Source: Antedon mediterranea | Lineage: Eukaryota > Animalia > Echinodermata | Reading direction: 5' to 3' | Assembly (NCBI RefSeq): GCF_964355755.1 | Contig: NC_092671.1 | Location: 14,322,001-14,386,000 of the forward strand | DNA length: 64,000 nt | Shown: positions 53,301 to 64,000 of the stretch, in pieces | Position numbering within the stretch: the stretch's first letter is position 1 | Layout of the letters: each line of letters starts with the position of its first letter | Position numbers and translations under genes: made by a program | Notes under the pieces: generated by a model | The model's input: the letters and a program-made list of their open reading frames with translations, nothing else | Told to the model about the DNA's origin: nothing | The model's database searches: none

Positions 53301-53853
53301 TAAAAAAGGAAATGATGTGTTAAAGATACGGGCTGTTGAAAATACTACACCGTCGTATTCTCTACGCCTTTGAAAGTAGAACGATTGTATTTAAGAACTT
53401 TATAATGTAATTGAGAAAGTAAATATAAATGTGAAAACACACGTTGTAGTATAAAATATCGGAATTTTACAATTGATCATAAAATATAATTTTGTGAGTG
53501 ATAAAATGCATATTTTGCATTTCTTGTCAGCATGGGTTAACAGATATTATGGTAAGTGGAATTAAATGGATTTAGTTCAAAATCACATGACCCCAAGCTT
53601 CAATTTGTCAGATTGGATTTAGAATGGAATTTGAATTCTGAATCGTTTTAGGCCTAAGTTTAAAAAGAATGTACACTTTTTTTAAATTAGAAAATGAAAT
53701 AAAAATGAGGAATGTGGATCATGGGGTGGGGTTAGTACTACTTCAATTATTAATTCTAGTGTTTTATAAACATAAGCCTATACAAATATTATGTAAAGTT
53801 ATGAAGAAGAGTTATATACTAATAAATTAGAAAATGCACCGGTAAAATAACTA

Positions 53854-53940
53854 ACCCCATGGATAAACCCGATAGTACTAGTTCCTAAACCTAAACAACC
53901 GGGTGGCGTTAGATTGTGTGTAGACATGCGTGAAGCAAAT
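53854..53940 (+). pseudogene. Ty3/Gypsy reverse-transcriptase fragment
   Basis: Translates TPWINPIVLVPKPKQPGGVRLCVDMREAN, the N-terminal RT motif (PW.SP.V.VPK...G..RLCVD.R..N); no surrounding ORF or LTR seen. Confidence 0.8.
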
Positions 53941-56900
53941 ATACGACGATGCAACAGACTTACCGATAATCGAACGAGTTGAATGTCTGAAAAAATAAAC
54001 TAAAACAGTAAGATGTAGATTTATATACCATAAACCTGCAGAGTTTAACAAATAGGAAGATAATAAATCTAGTTTTACAGCAAATAATCAATAAATCAAA
54101 AGACTAACGACGAAATAATGTATACAAATACGGAATATGAAGAAAACACAATTATTTCGGTGATGCAACGGCGACGATACTTAATGATTGACAGTGATTA
54201 TGATACTGATTTTGTCGACGACGACGATGATGATTATTATACTAATGATAATGACGAGAGGATAAGGATGACTATGTAAACTGGTGATCAATTAGCAACC
54301 GATTGTCGCACACTTTCGAAAAAGAGGCAATGAGGCCTGCTGTAAGGAGGCGGGAGCATACAGACAGCATAGATAGATAGATAGATAACATTTTCTTCGT
54401 CATAAAATAAATAAAATTATATTATGAAAATTGTCTTTCTTGGCAATATTATAAATATAAAAAGACCATATATAACATATTCATACAAAACAAATTACAC
54501 AAAAATATTTATAATAATATACTGCACAGGTATGAATAGATAAGGATCGGGTGTCGAGGTGAATTAGTCGCCGCAAGTACCCACCATTGATGACCATGCG
54601 GTTCTAAATGTACCATACTGCTTGCAAGTATCTTTATTAATGTAACTAAAATAACTAAAATACCATAATAACTGTTTGTTCACCAATCCAACACCATCAA
54701 GGGGACATTTTATTAATTAAGCATAGAAGATCGTATTATTTATAATAAACATAACATTATCGATTTATTATTGATAGTTAATAATAACCCTCAACAACAC
54801 CTAAGGTTGTGTATGCGCCCAGGAAGTATGGACTTGTTCTATATCATGCAACGATTTTAACTACATAATTCAATTTGGAAACTGGTTTCTCTAATCATCT
54901 AAATGAGATTAGTTTAGAAGTAATTATGTGATTGATGACGAGTTAGTAAGACTAACACAATTCAGAAAAACTAAATTCCACAATAGATATAGGCCTACGC
55001 AGTGCCTTCTTTGTAAACAGGCAAATGACCGAATAATTGTCTTTTTAATTGAAATGTGTAAATCAATGACAGCTCATATTTCTGGACGTAATGCGATATC
55101 CAAATAGCAATACATATTACATTTAACGTGGTTAAGATTTCAATTGGTGTATAATCCAGGAAATGAGAAATGACAAAGAGAAAGATATTAACCACATCAC
55201 ATTCAGGACTAATGACAATAATAGCTTTAAATACGTCATAAAATTTTTATTATCAATTGATATTGGGAAAGTACGGTAAAGATTAAGCACTAAGAAAAGG
55301 GGGTTGGGTTGCCGTTGACAGTGGTACCTCTTTGTACATTGTTTGAGTCAGTGAAAAACCCATTCCCCACAAAACGCAAGGACAGACACGCAACACATCA
55401 CTCTTTCCCCTGTGATTGTTCAAAATTTCCGTGCTCCAGTATCATAGGACAATTGTGTAATACAGGATCATATGTGTTTCACATAAGATACTGTACGTAT
55501 GTAATGTCCGCATGATATTGAGAATCGAGTAACGTACTGTACGTGTCTCTGCGCGCCTCAGTGAAAGCGGAAACAAACATAATTATAATCCATTAATCAT
55601 AATAATATTACATAACATTGTGGGAGAACAGTCCTAGTCTGAAGAGGCTACCCAGTATAAAGAATAAACAAATACATGTATAACATGGGAAAGGTAAATA
55701 ATTTAACTGGTCAACTGGTGGTCCAATGTTTCCCGCATCATGAAGGCGATTCATTAACAGCGGAAACTATTTCATACAGCAACTTTACACATACATCTAC
55801 ACTAACCAAATCTAGGCCTAAATGAATAAAATATAGCATACCTGAATGCGAGTAAGAGATCACACTGGTTATAACGATCGTAAATAATTACACTATTATT
55901 AAACACATATACGGGTACCTTTTCTCCTGAAACTATTAAATCTACTGATGCAACTATCGACTATAAAGGCGGAAAGAATTTGATGCAAAAAAACTTACCT
56001 AAACATCTTCTAAATGAGAAAGTTCCGACTACTTAATCAAAATAATAAAGCGTTCCGATGTTATTTTAAAAACGGCGAGAGAACACGAACACAGCGTTTA
56101 CTACCGATACGTCTTGATAAATCTATGCAGTAAATCGTTTACTTCGTCTCAAGTCTAAAACAATCTAACAAGAGAGGTTTTCATTAGGTAAGCCAAACGG
56201 ATGGTTGTGGACAATGATAATGTGTGAATCTATCGGACTTACTTTCTCGCTGTTATACTATACTATTGGTTTACGGTGTATTATATTGCGCCTGCGTGAA
56301 CAATTTAGACCAATAAGAGAAGGGACAGTGAATGGGTTGCCAGAGTAATGATCATCAAATGTGATTGTTGCACATAGGGATTCAATGCAGAGTCGAATGT
56401 GTGAATTTAACCATCAAACTCACTGATTTATCTTAATTTTGACACACTGCGTTTTTTGTTGTTTAAAAATACTTAATTTATATCCCAGTATTTGCTTTTT
56501 CCTCTATTATTATATGTATTTCTTCTTACGAGCGAATAAGCTGTACAGGTAATAGGCATGATACACTGATTGAATAATGATTAACAAAATGTGCAGGAGA
56601 TTTATTTACCTCGAGTTACCATGACCATAATATAAAGATCAAACATTATCAGTATATAGCTACAATATTATTCTGAATAATAATTCCAATCCTACGTTTC
56701 AAGTAACATCCATTACAATACAAACCAATATATACACTATGACATATTCTGCCCATAGGCCTATACATTATGTGTCTGTTGATCCACTGTTTATTATTTT
56801 TATTTGTATATGCGTCTCATTGCCGACACACAGCGTCACAGTGATTGTTTATGTTAAAAAGTAATCAATGTAATGTATATAATATAAAATGATTAGCTAA

Positions 56901-57062
56901 ATGTTCTTGTTAGAAATAATTCCGTTAATGTGTAACCTGTAGACTGTGGAACTACACAAGGATACCCGCAGGGGTGCTTTGAATTACGTATATTTCAGCA
57001 AAATATCCATGGCACTTTTTATATTTATGGAGATATTGAAAGGAATGATATGACATTTTTTA

Positions 57063-57375
57063 ATCACCGAAATTAAGCAACGTTGGGCCTGGTAAGAGCT
57101 TGGATGGGAGACCATCTGGGAATATCGGGTGCTGTATAATATGGAGCTGGGGTCCCGTTTAGGCATTTGAAATCAGCACTGCTGACTCTTATGGCAGCCT
57201 CTGCATCTAGTATCTGCCTAAGACGTATTGGCTTATGCTTTTTCTCTGGTGGGCACTGGACGACAGAAGCCCTTCATCAATGTTAGGGCCGATCAAGGTG
57301 CTTTAAACAGTCCTGGCTTTGTTTGTATCAAACCTGTTAGTGGCGGTAATTATTGCTGTTGGTTTCGATTGAATA
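57063..57375 (+). mobile_element. 5S rRNA-derived element (5'-truncated SINE3-like or 5S pseudogene with body)
   Basis: 57063-57137 aatcaccgaaattaagcaacgttgggcctggtaagagcttggatgggagaccatctgggaatatcgggtgctgta matches the 3' two-thirds of eukaryotic 5S rRNA (boxes A, IE, C); no terminator T-run, GC-richer body follows. Confidence 0.7.
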
Positions 57376-58437
57376 ACCTTTTTAAAAAAATTTAAAAAAA
57401 GAGGATCAAAGATGGAATCACTATGTTTATCTAAATAAAATTAATTTAACATAAATGTATGTTCTAATTCCGTCCAGCTATATCCGTAACAACAAACAAC
57501 TTTTGTCTAGCGAAACATGACACACGTTTATGGTCGAATAGGGGACGGGTTACATTTGTTTCAGTTGCTGTTGGGTTAATGTTTCAAACCAAAACAAAGA
57601 ATTTCCATATGAATGTCCATTTCAGTTCATCCTGTTTGTATTTTAAATGCCACAAGACCCCATATTAATGTGATATTAATTTAAGAATTTGTTTTACCTC
57701 TTAAGTGGTTTATAATCAACAATGACACTTTGGTTTAGTTTAGCAGGAGAGTATAATATTAGGCCCAGGGTTATACTGTAGCCTATACCAACCACACTGA
57801 TTAACTTGATTGAAGAATACAGCCGCGTTATGCCATGCAAATGTATAAAGTGAATAGCTATCACCTGGCAAACTCTCCATACATTCGCACACGTCTGTTG
57901 CAAAACGTAACAAGTCAGAATTACTACTCAAACTGAATTGATCTAGGCCTATGTCTATTCCATAGATATTAGCAAAAGTATCTAAAAACGATCACAGAAA
58001 TTTAATAAAACAAGGAAAAGAGGAAATACGTATATAAATCGTAACAAAAAGTAAACAATCATTTCAAAGTAGGCCTACAATGTACTCAGGTATTTCTCAT
58101 TAAGATGAACATTTTTTTCGGAATTTATCAAAGCGTCAAACGAGCTGTTTGTTGCAATTTAGTTCAAATTGACACGTTATACTGGTATTAACCGCAATGT
58201 TTTGATTTATTAGCAATTAATCTGGAATTTACTAATACATTACGTTGAATTAATGTAATATCTATTTCAGGCAATTTTTGAAATATGAGGTTAATCTGAA
58301 CGATGATGTTGATAATTAATACGAATAACACAAATCCCAAATTTCAATTACAATTCAGTTTAGTCCCAACAACTTTCCTCTAGTTTTATCGTCACAACAG
58401 ATGGTTACATTATCATGAATACGAATTTACTGCAGTT

Positions 58438-58564
58438 AAAACAAGGCCATATACATGGCCTCAGTCGCGTGCGCAAATTTGACTTACTAATTACCGACCG
58501 ACCAACCGACCGACCAACCGACCAACATAGTGAGCTGTGAGTCGCGTTTGCACGCGAATAAAAA
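58438..58564 (-). mobile_element. Complete ~125-bp mini HINE (Helentron-type)
   Basis: Minus strand: T-run, subterminal ttcgcgtgc-aa-acgcgact, (GGTC/GGTT)n, 3' gcacgcgact, stem-loop aggccat-gtat-atggcct, T-run. Confidence 0.75.
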
Positions 58565-61500
58565 CGAATAGATAATGGCTGATTAGTTAAGCTCAAGAAT
58601 GGCAATTTTCTCCCCCTGGTTGTTCCAAAGATGAAGTAAACGGTTGAAAAACCTCCCAAAAACAAGGTAAAGTATAGTATAGATACACTTTGTAGCTTTA
58701 GGTTCACTACAAAGTACATTTTCTGGAACGATATCTAATCCGATAATTTCAAATAAATTGTGTTTTCCGTCGAACCGCAGGGCGTACGTCCGTAGAAAAT
58801 AAAAATCGTTTTGGTTTAGGTAGAACACAATGACGATAACATTTACATTAACATAAACCCCATATCAATTATATAACAGTAGGCCCAATTATAAATATAC
58901 ACTAATTATTCACAAATATTATTAAATAATTAAAATATATATGTGCTGGAGATCTCTATCCCTACGTTTTACAATTGTATTTTATATATTAGTGTGACAT
59001 ATGCTGTATACATTTTAATATAAATGTGTGGCCTTTTTTATTTCAAGTGATTTTAAATGTAACCCTTGATTATGTTTTTAGACAATTTTAATAACTTATA
59101 TGAAATCCGCAATATTCAGCATGTTTGTATATATATATTGTATGTAGGTCATAAGTAAATGTTTTTAATAATTGTAATTTTTTTATTTTTTTATTCACTT
59201 TTAAATATACTATTTCATTAAAATAAAACACGTTTTAACAATAATCACAAATATGTACGCGTCACTTGCATGTGACAAAAAAATGGAGAACATGACCGTT
59301 GTTTTTAATATTTTAATAATACAAGAGAATATACATATTATATGCCTTATTATAGTGAACTTGTATATATTGAAATAATTTGTACTGCAAACTGAAATGA
59401 AAGTTGGACGAGCCCATAAAAGACAACAACAAAATTATTCACAAATAAACAAATGTATATAAAACAACTAATTAAATACATACAAATAATCTACAAGGAA
59501 AAATGAAGCCGCGTGAATATACGACCAATCAGAAAGCAGCGTAAATGAAAGTGATTCATGGCGAACCATTTCGTCATACTTTTTAAAAGTAAAAGTGCAT
59601 TTACCATATTTTTAATTTAATAAATTACATCAAAATGTTATATATTATAACTTAATCACTCCTTATACTTTCATCACTAAACCCAATTCAACTTGCCCGA
59701 CGATACACTATTGATGTACTTTATATTACTTTATCCACGAACGTTTCATTTTAAATCGAACACAGACCAAACTTGAACTACCGTATACAAAATAGATATT
59801 ACTCATCAGTATATATACCAACAGCCTACAGTACCATTTAATAAAAAGCAAATATACTGTGCAGTACTAAGGCACGACGTATAATCGATATCGAATGACG
59901 CTTATTTTACAGCAATTGGCAACATTGAACGTATTTGTTAGATAAAATACAGATGCTCAAAGTTGTCATTGGTGGGCTGCTGACTGTCTTGTCATGGTAT
60001 CGACCGAGCACTTAATTCACGTAGCTTTATTATATGTTTTTTTGAGTGGAGTTAATTCCATCTAATTACCCCTTCAAAGTAAATTACTAGTCTTATATTG
60101 CACAATTAAAATATCAATCCGGTGCGGGTAAGCGTTATAAAAACGTACTGCGTCGTGTATTACGTATTGAAGGGCAGATCTGGATGTTAACGTTTGAAAG
60201 GTAGAAACTTATGCCTGTAAATATAAAGCAAACACATGTACATTAACGAACAAACATTTCCTAATGTAGTATCAAAACTGCTTATATATATACTTTGTGG
60301 AAATGAATTGAATGTTTACCGAAAAAAAAAATATTTTTGTCCTTCTGTTATTCTGATATTTAGGAATGATAATTACATAACTTTCCAAACATCTGTAATA
60401 TAATAAACCATGGGACAAAAACTCATTCGTGCTTTTATATACGATTGTAATAGGCATAAATAAACCTTTTTTTTTTGTTACATTATAATGCATGTAACAA
60501 ATTGTTTCTATTACTAAAATATAAAAGATATCGAAAATGTTTTTTTTCTATAAGTGACAATATCTATATGAAATATAATATCAGAAATGATTTCGCTCGT
60601 TAGTATTATTACTATTAGATTCAGCATAGGGTAGAGTTCACGTCAACTAACGACTTTAACGTATCGAATAACAGGTGCGTTGTCGGGTTTCCAAAGTATA
60701 CCTTAATTAGATATAATCATTACAAAATATAATATGCAGCTTAACATGAACATAAGTGTGTGTTATTGCATACAAACATGCAAATTAGACGAACTTAATA
60801 CATACAGAATAACCATACAGAAGATTTGGGGCTTTGAGGCCCTCGTAATTTCCCGTAAGACTTTACTTAAAGTTTCAGATTGAGTCATGGAACTATAATA
60901 TATAGTTCCATGATTGAGTTAAGGGTCCGAGCTCACACAAGGGTAGAAAGAGGGCACCGAAATGGTGCTCTTTATCATGCTCTGAAATACGGATAGTAGA
61001 ATTCTTTCCTTTTACTAGAAAATAAACCCACGGATTTCCTACTGATATAAAGAGCACCTGCACATGTCATAAAACAAAGTATTGAAAGGCGGAGAAGATG
61101 TGGTGGCCTATGAATACGCCATACTTTCATTCTGCGATGTTTTTATTATAATGTATCGTAAGCATTACATGAATACAGATAGCCCTAATAAATATCCTTG
61201 TATTTGTCGATATCTATTACACATTAAAGTAGAGATAGTAGGGCCTAAGTGTAGATTAACACTTAACACAATTATTTGTAACTATAATTATCAGATCGTT
61301 TCATTAACAGCAAATTTATTTTTACCCGATCAAAATGTCCCTTTTATTATGTCCCCTGAAGTACAGGTAATTTCACAGATTTGTTTCTGATACTCGGTGA
61401 ACGTTTTATCCATTTAGTTCATGTCTCTTGTGATTTAATCAACTTTAAGGTTATACTAAATTTAACTGACCTCTTCGTACTCTTCGAATGCTTTTATTTA

Positions 61501-62487
61501 TTTAGCTTTGAAGTTCTATTTCTCTATGTTTAATTAAGTTTAAAATATGCGTAAATTATAATGGCCTCAATGTGATCATTTCAATACATACATTAAACTT
61601 ATCCAAATTTTCTGTAGCATTCACAAAAACAATGTGTATAAACCTTAATCTCTAAATTGCAATCGTACGATATACTATTAAACACATTTCGAAGACGAAC
61701 ACTTTGAGTTACGAGCTTTTGTGTTATTTGTTGGATATTAAAGTAAAGAACTTATCCAACAACACTTGTACTTGAAATAGAATATAATTTTGACCAAGAA
61801 CTTGAATTACGTGCAGCCAGAGTATTAATTCGCTTAGCACTACAGGCTTACTGTTAAACGTCACAGCAATTTGACTTCAGTAATTCCATTATATTGCAAA
61901 TGTTGTGCTCGATGGGATATCACTGTTAGGCATAATTCGTTTATTTCTCTTATCCCAGTAATAGGAAAACAACAAGTTTATATACAGCAAATTAAGAAGG
62001 GCGAAATCCTAGAAAGCAAAAGCTTGAAAAGGGCTGCATAGAAACTAAACAGAACGTACTTATACTGTAAACACGTGAATGGGATAAACATAGAAACGGC
62101 AACGCGGATTAACATGAAACTGGATAAGAACAGGGAAAAGACGCAAACATGGAAGGACGAGAACAAAACTCTTTTCGAAACATTATACATACATTTTTGT
62201 TTGTTTGAAAATGATGTGAATAAAATGTTTATTTTATTTATTTATCACAATATATATACTATAAGTATATATGTTTTTATGAATTACAAAGTCAATGCAA
62301 TTTACTATGAAATCTGTAAAATACATTTTTAATTCCATGTTTCCACGTTTTGAGAAAATAAAATGTGGGAAGAATTCACAAAAGACCAAATGTACACAGT
62401 GGTATTGTCTATGATTTTCAATTATGCAAAATGAAATAGTGTTGAGTGGTGGACATGTAATGCATAAAAAGAACATGAAAATATGTC

Positions 62488-62776
62488 ATTCAAATATAAT
62501 ATATTACACACTAGGCATAGAAAAATAATTCGGCCCGGTGATATACTGAAATTTAATTCATTAATTTGAAACGATAAGATTAGGAAATCTGTGAGAATGA
62601 AAAAAATCCCGGGATTCGAACCCGGACCTTCTGCTGATATGCAGATGTCCTAACCATTAGACCATTAGATCATGGTATACTGTAGTTCAAACCTGATTGG
62701 ATAGCGACTCTTTAATATTCTCGGCGTGGTACAACAGGACTAGCACAATATATTATATTATTCAAATATAATATAT
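62488..62776 (-). mobile_element. tRNA-derived SINE-like element bounded by 17-bp direct repeats
   Basis: Minus strand 62672-62605 has an A box TGGTCTAATGG and a B box GGTTCGAATCC; attcaaatataatatat occurs at 62488 and 62760; adjacent (TA)n. Confidence 0.6.
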
Positions 62777-63062
62777 ATATATATATATATATATAGAAAG
62801 TATAAACAATAATTAAAATGTTATGATTAGTTCTTACAAAAATCATCACCTATACATAGGCCAGGTCACAAAGGCCTAGTAGATCATATAATTGAAACGG
62901 CACTGAATATTTGAAAATCATTACACTAAAATAATATGCAAATGGCAATGCAAATCAATGAAATAACATTATATTATTGGAAATACTTTAGGGAGTGTGT
63001 ATTGTAGTTTTCGCGTAGTTATATTGTCGCCAGTGAAATTAATGAATAATAATAATGATTAT

Positions 63063-63200
63063 GTTTTCATTTATATATAGCGCAAATTCCATATATGTTC
63101 AAATGACGCTTACACATTATTACCCCGGTTATTTTGATCAAACATGTATGGAAGTATAGCCTACTTCCACAATGTTGCAGCCAGTAATCAGATGTATTAT
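63063..63200 (-). mobile_element. SINE remnant with L2-type tail
   Basis: Minus strand ccggggtaataatgtgtaagcg...gcgctatatataaatg. Confidence 0.4.
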
Positions 63201-64000
63201 GAATACCATTATTACATTACGTAATTTAGATCTTCATACACAATATTATATAATATAAAAAAAGGTGGCATCTCGCGTCGAGGTATAACATCACATTTAT
63301 AGCGGTTATAAACTATGTAATTACCTTTTATTAAACTATCCATGAAAACTATACTTGAATGAATGAATAATAATAACGATGGGGTGTAAGCTAATTCAGT
63401 TATTGTTGCCCAAGAGAGCTAAGTATAAGTATATAGTAAACAGTAACCTAAGCTCACAGGCGTTCATTCATTCCTTGCGACACCTCCGTTAACGAATACA
63501 CTAAATAACTACTTCGTACCGTGCTGGGTGTGTTATGCGGAATTTAAATTACTGGATATTGTGAACTGGGCATTATTTAGAAACGCTACTGTACCATTTT
63601 TAATATTAGTACTAATAAGATACGCAACCAGCAACTTATACATATTATGTACGTAGTCCTGTTGTCAATCAACAATATTAATATTATTCAACAATATAAT
63701 GAATCAACCCAGGACAGTATATAGAAATAAACAAAATTGAAATCACAGCACCGACCAGAAATGGAAAATCTACAAATTATTAGAAGAAATTAACACTAAT
63801 AAAAGGTTGAGTCTATGTTAAAATTAAAGCCATGCTTTATCATTCATTTGTAAAGGAACAGGACGATAACGCTTGACGATACAGATACATTTGTCTTACA
63901 TAAAACAAAAGAAATGTTTGCTTAACAATATCGTCGTCACTCTGAAGAAAGTGCTCGTGAAATGAGCACTGAAACCGTAAGTCAGGCAAGTTTGGGTTGT

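Noticed and set aside
57063-57137. Functional 5S rRNA gene
   Set aside because: The 5' third is missing, there are multiple substitutions and no T-run terminator
62605-62672. Functional tRNA gene
   Set aside because: A and B boxes are present but the acceptor stem and anticodon arm are not canonical; treated as SINE-derived

Overview
AT-rich eukaryotic genomic DNA, most likely from an echinoderm-type invertebrate deuterostome (inferred from hyalin/HYR repeats, FAMeT domains, an NPS/CCAP-type receptor and abundant TAGGCCTA). I reconstructed two spliced minus-strand genes by hand from GT/AG sites and codon phase. (1) 9063-23603: a 32-exon, ~2490-aa secreted modular protein (signal peptide - FAMeT - 2 EGF - 15 HYR - 5 copies of an unrecognised Cys-containing ~145-aa domain - 2 FAMeT). 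It has a TATA/Inr promoter and a recent 3x tandem duplication of a four-exon block. (2) 30508-41424: an 8-coding-exon, ~394-aa NPS/CCAP/NG-peptide-type GPCR with divergent predicted pocket residues. The non-coding DNA holds a ~4.9-kb asymmetric palindrome built from several satellites (1859-6733), a ~650-bp MITE-centred palindrome just upstream of gene 1, and three copies of a non-autonomous Helitron. It also contains Helentron-type HINEs, MITEs, 5S- and tRNA-derived SINE-like elements, LINE and Gypsy fragments, several minisatellites, and repeated TA->TAGG(A)(C)CTA micro-insertions visible by comparing repeat copies. Most ORFs in the supplied track are spurious or exon fragments. No database searches were possible, so domain and family calls rest on motif recognition.
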